Source: a virus. Taken from it: a stretch of DNA of 64,000 nt. Position numbers and translations under genes: made by a program. The notes beneath the pieces are model-generated. The model searched no databases, was not told the DNA's origin, and was given only the letters and a program-made list of their open reading frames with translations. Below are positions 10,101-19,760 of the stretch, in pieces; within the stretch, counting starts at the first letter, position 1; the number at the start of each line of letters is the position of its first letter. The stretch is taken from IMG/VR virus record IMGVR_UViG_3300010354_000064, positions 11,551 to 75,550 of that record. One strand, 5' to 3'.

Positions 10101-10657
10101 TCGGGTTTTGCTGGTTCACCGCCTGGCTTCGGAGCCGCTCCTTCGGGTTTGGGCGCACCCGGTTGCGGAACCCCCGGTTGAGGGGCTTCAGGCTTGGGGG
10201 CTTCAGGCTTGGGGGCTTGAGGGGGTGCGGGGGCCTCTGGGGCAGCCGAAGGCGCGGACGGTTTGCCTTCGTCGTCCTTCCCTGCGGGGGCCTCTCCGGG
10301 TTGCACCCGCTTGTAGCGGCTCGGGTTGCTCTTGATGCGAGACTCGGGGACAGAGGTGCGCTTCTGCTCCTGCTCATCCCAGACCGGAATGAGCGGCGGA
10401 GGCTTGCCAGCGAGCGCCTGAAGATAGCGGTCGGCAACCCGTCGCTGAAGCGAGCCCCCGACGTTCTTGTAGTTGAGCGACAAGTCGCGGTCGCCCTTCA
10501 GGTCAGGGTCACCCGCCGTGTCGGGGTCACGCTCGGCCTGGGTTGTCTCGCGCCGCTTATCCTTTCGAGGCGGCTTCACCTTGGGCGCAGGGCGGACAAG
10601 ACGTTCGGCCTCGTCCTCCTCGCGCTCGTAGGTGTCCTTCGTGGCCCAGCGGTGCAT
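7118..10657 (-). CDS. large repetitive probable virion/internal head protein, with possible nested in-frame starts at 7906 and 7483
   Basis: Open for 1180 codons; Pro/Lys repeats, duplicated internal domain, three RVxxR[YF]L motifs; directly downstream of portal. Confidence 0.75.
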   Translation of the reverse strand: MHRWATKDTYEREEDEAERLVRPAPKVKPPRKDKRRETTQAERDPDTAGDPDLKGDRDLSLNYKNVGGSLQRRVADRYLQALAGKPPPLIPVWDEQEQKRTSVPESRIKSNPSRYKRVQPGEAPAGKDDEGKPSAPSAAPEAPAPPQAPKPEAPKPEAPQPGVPQPGAPKPEGAAPKPGGEPAKPDPKREAARAKLNQSFENEQARDAFIEKLPFAERGADGQLRVYDKSQKKSVPVGELSSAALEDLVERRRVEKLGDDTVAAFREHSENAEIQAALKDLAFLGGATKGPGDEEGPLATRLRALQKEGHPLESLPLSKHIPELKGVKLPEDIQSVDDLIKATKKLHPKPENKPGAKPESKPGAKPESKPGDSESKAQAQRVVERFLQEGRAKSDEFRAYAKGLPTTTEDAAGEPLFLDRSKKPKKRVPFDELPDDAKAKVIEEFEGKEQKKVRREQMQVLVRQHPNVQSIFDQIAAVMAGGEGATGDVAQRFQELKKSGAPLDELPISKHLPELKGVKLPEGVESLADLAEASKEVALPPLKRRKVPSDERQQIDFDLLATIPAVHYGQISKLHPDDQAAILNDIKTFRSTKPEDMDAFRDRLQAVYQTDPAKIPPPETVEWKGKQVSFADLEPKDKAQALNDHRNRILAISLAGQGMVAKDMSKNGVPAGLSDRLVAMWGKPAPPPRQTYEEVLGDGKVESPMDSAATKKLLDGLKTDDAKAQAVAYLQARDYQDMRRRYLEAPTDSDTAINEHVPTGKLLKNLERASKDLRSRDALYPEEGRVNSAKLLRERLRQSFKDAPVSADKRAAVERWMQEQDADDYDAEYKRWQKETKQYESDRKKAERGRGPYRDGPLPDPPREPLKPLGYDEVRRPKPSRGNRLMDFFRSLGGKPTPPVVTARVLDRYLTCTAGDVMASEHDLRSRQAVYWGVEPYPPGHEGFAPYNEWEQAHARDLDAADETALLKAARDWLGQFVLDPSVMGDGVPDARFRAALDYAVYTLDNGKYSVGLHPALYNKLLARLTGQPEDETLLTVRKAARGSSESPYHPTPERTTTMHASARIRSYAAKLASTQPHIAFDLMKLAAEQDEAEQGQQDQGQQDQGQQAQGQKKQGGQLPPALKEHMKKKEEKSDDDKEQGQKKQAYAALRHEVIRVASENPQARMALQPVLRLIKQIG
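9547..9615. repeat. 24-bp tandem repeat x~3 (KPGAKPES)
   Basis: CCGGTTTG(C/T)TCTCCGGCTTCG unit repeated in frame. Confidence 0.85.
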
Positions 10658-10688
10658 CACTCATGGCCCTTGATAGAAAGGCTAGGGG

Positions 10689-12482
10689 CTAGAAGCGACT
10701 CTCGGCCTCGGCAGGTTGCTCCTTCTTCTTGAGCCCGAGGTACTTCGTCACCCGGTCGGCAACGTCCGACTGTTCCGCGATGGTGCCGCCGATAGCCCCG
10801 TAGATGCCACGGAGCACCTCGTTGAAGGTGGCGTCGTTCACCGTGAACATGTCGCGTTCGATTTTGATGCGCGTGTCGTGCGGGTCCACGTTGAACATCT
10901 CCAGGATGAGGTCGATGGAAATCGAGCCCTTCTGGTAGAGGTTGAACAAGGCGTCGTACGTGTCCTGCGAGTCGCGGAGCGGCAAGCGCGTGAAGCTCAG
11001 GCGGGGGTAGAGCACTACCTCCTCGCCCCACTTGTCCTTCTCGATGAAGCCCTTGCGGCGCGCGACCGGCTTGAACAGGTACTCTTCGACGTACTCCTGG
11101 AGAAGTTCGCGCAGGAACAGGTACCGCTGGTTGATGACTTCGAGCTTCAAGCGGTCGCCCGAATAGAGCGTCTCGCCCGACATGAGGCTCTCGGTCACAC
11201 CGAGGCCCGTGCGCAACCGACGCTCCGTCTGCTCGTACTCGGTCGAGAGGTCGAGGAGGCGGTCGCGGCTCCCCATCTCTTCCCAATGCACCTCGTAGTT
11301 CGTGATGATGGAGTAGTCGGGGTCCACGAGCGCCAAGTCCACCTGCTCCCGCAGAGATTCGGCGTCGGCCTGCGAGATGTCCTCGGCCCACACGATGCGC
11401 TTCGGCGTCATCGCACGGCTGGCAATCTGAGTCTGGGCCTGCCGGAGCTTCTCCCGGTAGTAGAGGGTGCGGAGACAGCGGTCGAGAAGGCTCTGCCCCA
11501 TGTCGTCACCCGCGCCACGACGACCTGCCAGAAGGAACGCGAAGCTCCCCTCGTCGGGGTCAGTTCCGAGCGGGATGAGTTGGCTGCTCGCGATGTACTC
11601 CCGCACCTCGGCCGGAATCTCGTTGACCATCTCCTCGGCCATCGGGTCGCCTTGGCTCGCCTGCTCGATGAGCGCGCGGTCCCGGTCAGACGGGATGAGG
11701 TCCAACCGCACCTTGTCGGTGTAGTTGAACGTCGTGATTTTCACTTGGTCGATGGGGAAGATGAGGAGGCGGTCCCACCCCTGATAGTGCTTCTGGTAGT
11801 ACCGAAGCTCCTCGTCCTCGCGGTTCGACTTCTCGACCCACGCCTCTTCGTCCTCTTCCTTGGTATCCCCTTCGTCGGTCAGGACCGACTTGCGGTTGAC
11901 TTGGCGCTCGAAGCCCACGTCGTCCGGCATACTGACCTCGGAGTCCTCGGCGAACGCGATGACAGTTCCGTCAAGCCAGTAGTGGTGGACGAGCGTGATG
12001 AGCCGGTGGAAGAGCTTGATGCGCTTCGTCATCCGCTCGAAGAACGTCAGGATGTACTTACCGTAGTCGTCCGGCGAGTCGAAGCCCGCAGGGCACGTCG
12101 AGGGCTTCGGCGCGGCGAGCCGCACCTTCGAGAGCGGAAGCTCCGTGTGCAGGTCGATGGCCTGTGCGACCATCTCGTCGGTGTTGTAGAAGTGCCGGTA
12201 AATCTCGCGCTTTTCGCGGAGAGACTGCGGCAGTTCGAGAAAGTCAGTCGAAAGCTGGGGGCTGAAGAACGACTGGTTGCCAGAGAGGACGGTGTTACCC
12301 CCGATGTCCCCGGCGTACATGGCCGTCTTGTTCCGGTACTGCTGCCGGGCCGCACGCTCCTTGTCGGTGAGCGGCATGGACGAGCCCGCGCCCGTCTTGG
12401 TGACGAAAGGCGACCGACGAGCCTTCGGGGGCACGTCAACACCGACAGCGGTGCGGACGTTGGTGAAGTTACCTCGCGGCAT
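10689..12482 (-). CDS. portal protein (probable)
   Basis: 597 aa between terminase and head genes; VAQAIDLHTELPLS, SLLDRCLRTL and LGVTESLMSG segments follow the portal pattern. Confidence 0.75.
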   Translation of the reverse strand: MPRGNFTNVRTAVGVDVPPKARRSPFVTKTGAGSSMPLTDKERAARQQYRNKTAMYAGDIGGNTVLSGNQSFFSPQLSTDFLELPQSLREKREIYRHFYNTDEMVAQAIDLHTELPLSKVRLAAPKPSTCPAGFDSPDDYGKYILTFFERMTKRIKLFHRLITLVHHYWLDGTVIAFAEDSEVSMPDDVGFERQVNRKSVLTDEGDTKEEDEEAWVEKSNREDEELRYYQKHYQGWDRLLIFPIDQVKITTFNYTDKVRLDLIPSDRDRALIEQASQGDPMAEEMVNEIPAEVREYIASSQLIPLGTDPDEGSFAFLLAGRRGAGDDMGQSLLDRCLRTLYYREKLRQAQTQIASRAMTPKRIVWAEDISQADAESLREQVDLALVDPDYSIITNYEVHWEEMGSRDRLLDLSTEYEQTERRLRTGLGVTESLMSGETLYSGDRLKLEVINQRYLFLRELLQEYVEEYLFKPVARRKGFIEKDKWGEEVVLYPRLSFTRLPLRDSQDTYDALFNLYQKGSISIDLILEMFNVDPHDTRIKIERDMFTVNDATFNEVLRGIYGAIGGTIAEQSDVADRVTKYLGLKKKEQPAEAESRF

Positions 12483-12870
12483 GGCTCACCATCTCCTGCC
12501 CGTAAAGCTCAACGAGGTCGGGCGTAGCTTGGGGCTCCGCCTGCTGGGCAGCGCGCTTTTCAGCCTGACGGGCCTCTCGTTCAGCATGTTCTTCGGCTTC
12601 GACCTGCTCACGTCGGATGGTTTCGACAAGGCGACTAACGCTCGCCGTGCGACGAATCCCCCCATCAACCATGCTGCCGAAACGAGTCCAGGCGTTCGCG
12701 AACGTCACGTACCGGCTCGTGAAGGTGTCAGCCGGAGCCCGCCGGACCTTGCTGTAGAGGGCCTGGGAAAGCTCGACCATGCGCGCCGCAAGGCGGTCCA
12801 TCTCGTCCCGGACGGAGTGAATCTCCCGGACGATTTCGGCGCTTTCGAGATTTCGAGGGTCACGGCTCAT
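12469..12870 (-). CDS. hypothetical coiled-coil protein
   Basis: Tightly packed ORF in operon. Confidence 0.65.
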   Translation of the reverse strand: MSRDPRNLESAEIVREIHSVRDEMDRLAARMVELSQALYSKVRRAPADTFTSRYVTFANAWTRFGSMVDGGIRRTASVSRLVETIRREQVEAEEHAEREARQAEKRAAQQAEPQATPDLVELYGQEMVSHAAR

Positions 12871-13389
12871 CTACATGCTCGTCTGGATGCCCAGGTAGTA
12901 GCGGTTGGCTTTCTTCGGCACTTGCGCGCAGAAGCCCGTGAAGAAGCACGGAGCCAGGAGGCTACCCGAGAGCGTAAGCTCGTCCTCCTTCGTCCAGAGG
13001 CCGCGCAGCGACAAGTAGAGCACGTCGTTCGGCCCGTAGACAAGCGGCACAAGGGGGCCACCCCCGATGCGGCTCGCGTACGTGTACCGCTCGTAGCTTG
13101 TCGTCATCATCAGGCAACCGCCCGAGAACATCGTCGCCTCGGCGTAGACCACTTGGTTCCGGGTCATGCTGACGTACCCATCACCGGGCTCGTCAGAACC
13201 CCAGACGAGGAACCCGCCGTAGAGCCCGTTCGAGTACGTGACCGTCCGAACATCGGGAACGACGTTCGCCCACATGACGCCCTGACCACCAGGCCAGCCA
13301 CCCGCGAGCATCGACGTATCGACGGCGACGGTCTGCCGGTCCCCGTAGTAGAGGACGACGCACTCTCGGCCGCGCAGAATCTCGCTCAT
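12871..13389 (-). CDS. hypothetical structural protein, paralog A
   Basis: Aligns end to end with 13392..13913 (shared RIGGGPLVP, SLRG.WTKEDE.TLSG, GFCAQ). Confidence 0.8.
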   Translation of the reverse strand: MSEILRGRECVVLYYGDRQTVAVDTSMLAGGWPGGQGVMWANVVPDVRTVTYSNGLYGGFLVWGSDEPGDGYVSMTRNQVVYAEATMFSGGCLMMTTSYERYTYASRIGGGPLVPLVYGPNDVLYLSLRGLWTKEDELTLSGSLLAPCFFTGFCAQVPKKANRYYLGIQTSM

Positions 13390-13391
13390 GG

Positions 13392-13913
13392 CTAGATGCT
13401 CACCTGGATGGTCATGTAGCCATCGGTCGAGGGGCTCGGAGCCTGCGCGCAGAAGCCGATGTAGTAGCTGTTCGGAGCGCGAGGGTCACCACTCAGCGTC
13501 CACTCGTCTTCCTTCGTCCAATACCCCCGGAGACTGAAGACGAGCCGGTCGCTCGCGCTGTAGACGATGGGCACGAGAGGCCCGCCGCCGATGCGGCTCA
13601 GATACGTGTACTTCTCGTACGTCGAGGTCGAAATGAGCCAGCCGCCCGCGCCGAACACGAGGTACTGGTAGGTCGGGAACTGCCTCGTCATCGACGTGAA
13701 CTGGTCGGCAGACTCATCCGAGCCCCAGAGCGCGAAGCCCGCGTAGTACCCGTCCGACATCTTCACGGTCGGCAGGTCCTTCGTGGAAGGCGTCCATTGA
13801 ACGCCCTGCCCCCCACGCCAGCCAGAAGCGGCGAGCGAGGGGTCTACCGCGACCGCGTAAGCATCCCCTTTCACGAGGATGATGGAGTCGCGGGTGCGCG
13901 GGAAATCAGCCAT
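13392..13913 (-). CDS. hypothetical structural protein, paralog B
   Basis: Tandem paralog of 12871..13389. Confidence 0.8.
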   Translation of the reverse strand: MADFPRTRDSIILVKGDAYAVAVDPSLAASGWRGGQGVQWTPSTKDLPTVKMSDGYYAGFALWGSDESADQFTSMTRQFPTYQYLVFGAGGWLISTSTYEKYTYLSRIGGGPLVPIVYSASDRLVFSLRGYWTKEDEWTLSGDPRAPNSYYIGFCAQAPSPSTDGYMTIQVSI

Positions 13914-14167
13914 CAGACAACCTCTTGGGTCGTGTTCTTGCGGCCGGGCGTCTGCCCCCAGGTCGTCACGACCTGCTTGAGCATTTCCAGGTGCGGCAAG
14001 CTCCCGAGGCTAATCTGGTCCCACGCGCCGCCGAGCGACCGGAACGCCGTGCGGATGACCATGTAGTCGGTCTTCTCGGTGACGAGAGTCTCGCCGAACA
14101 TGTGGTCCACCATCTGGCGAATCACATGGTTCGCGAACACCTTGGGGGGCGACTTGTTCTCGTCCAT
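13913..14167 (-). CDS. hypothetical protein
   Basis: 84 aa, coupled to next gene (TGATG). Confidence 0.6.
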   Translation of the reverse strand: MDENKSPPKVFANHVIRQMVDHMFGETLVTEKTDYMVIRTAFRSLGGAWDQISLGSLPHLEMLKQVVTTWGQTPGRKNTTQEVV

Positions 14168-14190
14168 GCTTGGGGCTTCCTAGAAGGGCT

Positions 14191-16212
14191 TTACCGCCCC
14201 CTACCTCGGAGAACACCACCGCGCTGGGGACTACCTCGACCAGGAGCCACTCGGTCACCGGCCCCACCGTGTGCCTTCGCGCGCGTCATCTGGTAGCGCG
14301 CCAAGGTCATACCGCCCCCAACCTGCCCCGCGTGAGGGTTCGTGGAAGCGACGTACTTCATGGTCGTAAGTCTCTGCGCGGCAAGCCAGACGGAACGGAC
14401 GAAGGCATCCGCCTGGTCGTCGTGGTAACCCGAGTTCGGAGGAGCCTGCACGGTGACGACGTTCTTGCTCGACTGTTCGGCCTGGAGCGTGAGTAGCTCC
14501 TGGATAAACGGCGAGTGCTTGCCCTTGATGCCCGCCTGCTCACCAATCGGCCAGTCGTAGAGCCGGAGCTTGCGGTCGAACATCATCAGCTTCGCGTTTT
14601 GGTAGATTTTGCTCGCGAAGTCGCGGGTGAAGAACTCGGATTTGAACTGGCCCAGGCCCTTCTTGCGGAGCGCCTGCTCCAGCGGGATGCCGTTCCAGCG
14701 GTCGAAGATGCCCTCGACGATGAAGAACCGCTTGGTGAGCCCGGTAATCCAGTTGGCGATTTCCTCGAAGTCGAGGCGCTCGACCTCGGAGATACGCCGC
14801 GCATAGTCGCACGAGTAGTTCGGCAGGTGCGGGTTTGCCTGCCGCCAGTCCACCCCTGCGTACCATGTCTCGTGGTAGTCGAGCACCACCTTGTCGCCCT
14901 CGACGTGCGTGATGAAGACGGTTGTGCCGTCGTTCATGAGGCCGAGGTCGATGCCCATGAAGTAGGGGTAGCGCGGGATGCCCTGCTCGACTGGCCGGAG
15001 AGCAGAGTCGATGCAGTCGGTGAGGTCTACCTCACGCTCAATCCAGCCACGCACACGGTCGCTGAACTGCGCGCCGTACTCCGTCATGAAGGTCGCCGGG
15101 TCGGCGTGGTACTTCTGCCGGAGGAACTCGGGTTCGACGGTCGGGTTCACCTCCCAGGTCGGGGCCTGGATGGCGAGCATGTTGGCCGAGCCCGGCCCGT
15201 TGCTCATCGCAAGGTGGTAAAGCTCGTAGAACTTGCCTGCCTTGTTCAGCGGGCTGGAGATGCAGATGATGCGCGACTCGACCGGGCCGATGGGAACCGT
15301 GGTGTCGGCAGGGTCTTTGGGGCTGAAGGCGAGCGCGCTCGGCGTGACGGCGTTGTAGATTTGCTCGGCCGACGAGTTGCCCTTGTCCTGGAAGTGGGCC
15401 ATCTCGTCAAGGATGATGACGATGTTGCCGGAGCCGCGAAGGCCCTTGGCGACGCATGACTTGAAGGTCACGCGCATCGTCGCCTTGCCGTTGAACGAGA
15501 CGAACTTGCCGTTCTCGTGCCGCGCCGTCTCGCCGTACTTCTTGATGTCGTAGGGCGTGCGGAACTGAATGTGCGAGAGCGTGTTGTTCGCGATGTACGG
15601 CTTGAAGTACTCGCACCGGCTGAGGTGGGTCGTCACCTCGTTGAAGAGGAGGCTCGCCTGGTCCTTGTCGGTGGCGACCGAGATAATCTGGATGCGGTTG
15701 CCGCTCGGGAGCCCGTAGTAGCCCTGCGGGTGCTCCAGGTTCAGGAGCCGGTAGACCTCGTAGCTGGCGAAGATGCCAGACATAGTGGTCTTCCCGGCGC
15801 GGCGGCCGATGGATAGCAGAAGCTCCCGTCGCTCGTGGTCCTGCTCCCCGACGTTGCACCTCCCCTCCTCGTAGAGGAAGCGGACGTACTCTTTCTCGGT
15901 CATGTGGTACAAGACCTTGGTGCGAAACATGTCTCGCACCTCGATGGTCTTGACCTTATCCTCCAGCGGGATGTGGTAGTAGAGCTTGACGATGGCGCGC
16001 TGCACCGGGTACAGCCGCATCCCAAGGCCCCACGACTGCTCGATGTAGTCGAGGACGTTGAAGATGCGCGGGCGCTTCGGTCCCGTCTGAACGGCTGCCG
16101 CATCGGCAGGAGCGTTCGCTAGCTCGACAGTCGCCTTAGCCTGCTGGCCCGCTTGGCGGATGAGCGAGGATAGGGCGGGGCCTTTGCTCTGTTGAGCCTT
16201 GGGGGCAGCCAT
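14191..16212 (-). CDS. terL: terminase large subunit
   Basis: Walker A GRRAGKTT, Walker B IILDE, coupling motif ISSP, nuclease motifs MGIDLG and HDDQADA. Confidence 0.9.
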   Translation of the reverse strand: MAAPKAQQSKGPALSSLIRQAGQQAKATVELANAPADAAAVQTGPKRPRIFNVLDYIEQSWGLGMRLYPVQRAIVKLYYHIPLEDKVKTIEVRDMFRTKVLYHMTEKEYVRFLYEEGRCNVGEQDHERRELLLSIGRRAGKTTMSGIFASYEVYRLLNLEHPQGYYGLPSGNRIQIISVATDKDQASLLFNEVTTHLSRCEYFKPYIANNTLSHIQFRTPYDIKKYGETARHENGKFVSFNGKATMRVTFKSCVAKGLRGSGNIVIILDEMAHFQDKGNSSAEQIYNAVTPSALAFSPKDPADTTVPIGPVESRIICISSPLNKAGKFYELYHLAMSNGPGSANMLAIQAPTWEVNPTVEPEFLRQKYHADPATFMTEYGAQFSDRVRGWIEREVDLTDCIDSALRPVEQGIPRYPYFMGIDLGLMNDGTTVFITHVEGDKVVLDYHETWYAGVDWRQANPHLPNYSCDYARRISEVERLDFEEIANWITGLTKRFFIVEGIFDRWNGIPLEQALRKKGLGQFKSEFFTRDFASKIYQNAKLMMFDRKLRLYDWPIGEQAGIKGKHSPFIQELLTLQAEQSSKNVVTVQAPPNSGYHDDQADAFVRSVWLAAQRLTTMKYVASTNPHAGQVGGGMTLARYQMTRAKAHGGAGDRVAPGRGSPQRGGVLRGRGR

Positions 16213-16215
16213 GCG

Positions 16216-16908
16216 TCAGCGAACCGCGTCGGCCGCTCGGTCTTCCCAGCCCTCGATTTTCGTCGAGAAACGGTTGAAGAAGAGGTCGATTTGCTCGGGC
16301 GTGAGAGTGTCGGCAGCGACCTCGCGCATCATCTCAATCCAGAGGGCAAAGACCTTCTGGAACTTCTCAGCACGCAGGTCGATGGCGTCGCTGCCGAGCT
16401 TCTTGATTTCAAGCTCGATGTTCGCGATTTTCGTCAGGGCGTCGATGCGACGAGTGCTCGTCTGGGCCGTATCCTTGCCGTACTTCTCGTTCTCGATGCG
16501 CTGGAAGTGCAAGGCAGCAGCCTCTTTGGCGACCTCGGCTCGGATGAGCTTGAGCACCTGGGCCGCATCGGCTGCTCCGCGCGTCGCCTGAACGACGGCA
16601 TCGGAGTCGATGAACTTCGCCTTCTCCTCGCTGATGAGCGCGTGGTACTGAAGGTCGGAGGTCGTCGGCATCCGCTCGACCTTCCGGGGACGCCCCGGCC
16701 CGCGCTGAACCTTCAGGGCGTTCCCCTGCTTGCCCTTGCCACCAAGCGTCGGCGCAGCGTGAACGGGGAGAAGCTGAAGGACGTTCGTGGCCTTGCCGGA
16801 CTCGCTGACCTCGGCCGTCTCGCCGATGGGGTCCGCGTCATCCTGTTCGTCGTCGGCATCGACCTCGGTGTCGGTCGTCTCATCCACGGGGGACTTGTCG
16901 GTCATCAT
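16216..16908 (-). CDS. terminase small subunit candidate
   Basis: Directly upstream of terL; AT-hook-like GPGRPRK then helical region; called mainly from position. Confidence 0.45.
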   Translation of the reverse strand: MMTDKSPVDETTDTEVDADDEQDDADPIGETAEVSESGKATNVLQLLPVHAAPTLGGKGKQGNALKVQRGPGRPRKVERMPTTSDLQYHALISEEKAKFIDSDAVVQATRGAADAAQVLKLIRAEVAKEAAALHFQRIENEKYGKDTAQTSTRRIDALTKIANIELEIKKLGSDAIDLRAEKFQKVFALWIEMMREVAADTLTPEQIDLFFNRFSTKIEGWEDRAADAVR

Positions 16909-16920
16909 GCGAGCCTCGCG

Positions 16921-17493
16921 CTACTTCTTGCCCACGGGCGGGGTGCCCCCGCCGCCCTCGGTGCGAATGAGGTACTGGGACAGGTTGGACACGGTATCAT
17001 AACCTTTGTCCTTGGGCACCTGCTTGTCGAGCGCCTTCTGGAGGTCTTTCCCCGTCTCCGCAAAGTTGCGTACCCCCATCTGGTTCGGCGTTCCAGCGAA
17101 CACGTCCTCGGGCCGAATATCTCGACGATGGTCTTTTACGATGTCCTCGCGATGGTTCACGCCGCGTGCGTGCTCCTTCACGATGTCCTTGTCGATGCCC
17201 TTCGGCTTGTTGATGGGGTGCGTGTGCTTGACCGCCTCCTGCCGCGCCTTCGGAGGCTGGTCGGCTTGAAGAAAGCGAGCCACGACGCGGTGCGGTGAAG
17301 CGGTCGCCTTCTTTAGTTTGGTCGCGTGCCCGCCCTTGTCGCGCAGCAGTTGCCTAACCTTGGCGAGAGGCAATTTCACGCGAATCGTGCCGTATTGCTC
17401 CTCGACTTCCCCGAAGATGTCCTCGGCGTCGGCGAGTCCGATACCCTCAAGCTCGATGAACTTGCCACGGTCGATAATAGTGACTTGGCTCAC
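16921..17493 (-). CDS. hypothetical probable virion protein (RVVARFL motif)
   Basis: In operon, GTGA overlap with upstream gene. Confidence 0.65.
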   Translation of the reverse strand: MSQVTIIDRGKFIELEGIGLADAEDIFGEVEEQYGTIRVKLPLAKVRQLLRDKGGHATKLKKATASPHRVVARFLQADQPPKARQEAVKHTHPINKPKGIDKDIVKEHARGVNHREDIVKDHRRDIRPEDVFAGTPNQMGVRNFAETGKDLQKALDKQVPKDKGYDTVSNLSQYLIRTEGGGGTPPVGKK

Positions 17494-19751
17494 AGCTTGA
17501 CCCCCTGCCCCGCGCCCCCGAACTCGACGCCGATGGTGTCGGCGACCTTCACGGGGTCGAGTTCCACGTCGAGCCCGCCGTTCTGAAGCTGGTACTCAGC
17601 CATCATGGTGAGCCCGTTGTTCATGAGGCTCTCGTAGCTGACCTCGGTGGACTTACCCGAAGCCAGCACCTCGCGCTGCTGCGCGGCCTTGTTGACGTAA
17701 GGCGGCTCCTCGACAAGCGGCTTGTTGACGACCGAGCAGAAGCCCGGCCGCGACTGGTGAACGCACGAGCCGCACTTCGAGCCCTGCTTGAGGTAGGGGA
17801 CGAGTCGCGTCCGGTGGAGGCTCGCGGCTTCCTTGCAGCCCTTGCCGTAGTCGTCGTAGGCCGTCGGGTCAACGTAGTGGATGCCCTGGAGCCCCTGCTC
17901 GGCGATGACCGGACGAAGCTCCTCGGCGGAAGCCGTCAGGTCGCGCACCTCGAAGCGCCCCTTGAGGGAGGCCAGGAGGTCAGCCCCGTAAAGCCCCTCG
18001 TTCAGGAACCGCCGAGCGGTCTTGACGATTTCCCGCTTCGTGAGGCTCGACGTGCTCGCCGCCTCCCCGCTTCGGTTCATCGTGTGAGCCTGAGCGAGCG
18101 CCTGGGCCATGCGGGTTGCCGGAGTCTGCTGGCCCTGAATGACCTGCCTGCGGGCCGAAGCGTGCATCGAGGCGAGAACGCTCCGAACGTCCTCGCCCGT
18201 CGGAACGACCGAGAGGCCCGCCGTCCGGTACTCCAAGGCGGCGCGCTCGACCGTCTCCTGCGTGTAGAGTTCGGCCGCCTCCTTCACGAGAGGCTTGCCG
18301 TACATGAGGCAGCGGGACATCTTGCTGTAGATACAGCCCGAGCACTTCGAGCCCGCGACAATGCCTCGAACAGCGGGGTTGTAGGTCGCGAAGAAGTCCG
18401 CGCCCGTCCGGCAGTCATCGAACGACTCCTGGGTCGAGTAGATGACGCCGTAGAGGCCCGCCTCGCGGAGCATCGGCTCCAGGTGCGGGCGAGCAAGCTC
18501 GATGTCCGTGGTCTGAAAGGCGTGCTTCAGAACCGAGAGCACCTCGTCCTGGCCGCGACCCTTCAACATCTCGCGTCGGAGAAGGGCGACCATCGGGCGA
18601 GCCTTCTCGGCAGCGATGACGTTCCGAGCGTCCTCGTCCCGCTTGCGGGTGAGGTTGCTGGCCGCGATGAGTTGCTGGTCGGCCTCCTCGGCGGCGACCG
18701 GAGCCGCCACTCGCTGCTGCCCCGCGCCGACGTAAGTCGAACGCTCGGGGGCCTCCAGCCCTGACGCCTTCGCGCGAATGGTGGCGATGGTGTGTTCGTC
18801 GGTGGCCGACGCGACGATGCGGTAGGCCGACTGGGCCTGCTGGACCGTGATGCGGCCAGTCGCGAGCGCCGTCTTGACGGCCATCTTCGCCTGCTCACGG
18901 GCAGCCGTCAAATCGACGGGCCGAACATAGTCCTCGTGGGCCTCGACCGGGCGCATGAGCCGCGCCACGTTGTCGATGGGCTTCGGCATCGGAGCCGGGC
19001 CGGGGGCCTCGAAGTCCTCGGCCAGCATGGCGAGCCGGATGCGTTGCTTCGAGGTCACGGTGGCAAGGGGGCCGGATGCCACCACGTCTTTGCCCTTCGA
19101 CCGTTGAAGCTGCTCGACCTCGGCCGCGAGCGCGTCCGAGTAGGGCACCTGAATCTTGATTTCCTTGTGGAAGACCGCGCAGTTGTCGCCGCCGGTCGGG
19201 GTCTTCATGGCGTGGACACACCCCGCGCACGTCGGCTTGGCGACGACGAAACGGGCCTCCTTCGCGTACCGCTTCACGAACTCGGCAGGCTGACTAGCAC
19301 CCTTGTGGCAGCCCGCGAAGTCCGAGGCGTCGATGTAGAGCTTGCCGAGGAGGCCGCGCTCCGCAACGGCTTCCTCTAGCTCGACACGAGCGGCACGAAG
19401 GCTCTCACGGTCGAACCGTTTGGCGAGCGCGTCCCGAAGCCTGTTGAGGTCAGGCGACTGCATGAGAGCAAACCGCGCAACCTTGCGGATGTCCTCGGGC
19501 TTGGCTCGAAGGGGACCGTGCTCCGCCGAGAGGTCGCCCATCGTGTGCAGCAGGCTGCCCTTGTTCTCGACGTACGACGAAGCGGGCTTGTCCTCGTGGC
19601 TCCAGAGAGCTTCGAGGTCGGGCACCACGTCGAGGTTCTGCTTGGGCAGCGTGTCCTGCGCGCGATACTCGGCCGGGTCCACCTCCAACCAGTCGAGGTT
19701 GGGGACGGAGCCCTCCTTCAGAAACGCGCCCAAATCACCAAGGTCAGCCAT
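17490..19751 (-). CDS. hypothetical protein with three Cys4 repeat domains
   Basis: Three copies of E.GL.G..Y...C...C.[GS]C..C...K.[LI]; SD GAGGA. Confidence 0.75.
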   Translation of the reverse strand: MADLGDLGAFLKEGSVPNLDWLEVDPAEYRAQDTLPKQNLDVVPDLEALWSHEDKPASSYVENKGSLLHTMGDLSAEHGPLRAKPEDIRKVARFALMQSPDLNRLRDALAKRFDRESLRAARVELEEAVAERGLLGKLYIDASDFAGCHKGASQPAEFVKRYAKEARFVVAKPTCAGCVHAMKTPTGGDNCAVFHKEIKIQVPYSDALAAEVEQLQRSKGKDVVASGPLATVTSKQRIRLAMLAEDFEAPGPAPMPKPIDNVARLMRPVEAHEDYVRPVDLTAAREQAKMAVKTALATGRITVQQAQSAYRIVASATDEHTIATIRAKASGLEAPERSTYVGAGQQRVAAPVAAEEADQQLIAASNLTRKRDEDARNVIAAEKARPMVALLRREMLKGRGQDEVLSVLKHAFQTTDIELARPHLEPMLREAGLYGVIYSTQESFDDCRTGADFFATYNPAVRGIVAGSKCSGCIYSKMSRCLMYGKPLVKEAAELYTQETVERAALEYRTAGLSVVPTGEDVRSVLASMHASARRQVIQGQQTPATRMAQALAQAHTMNRSGEAASTSSLTKREIVKTARRFLNEGLYGADLLASLKGRFEVRDLTASAEELRPVIAEQGLQGIHYVDPTAYDDYGKGCKEAASLHRTRLVPYLKQGSKCGSCVHQSRPGFCSVVNKPLVEEPPYVNKAAQQREVLASGKSTEVSYESLMNNGLTMMAEYQLQNGGLDVELDPVKVADTIGVEFGGAGQGVKL

Positions 19752-19760
19752 CGCAGTTCC

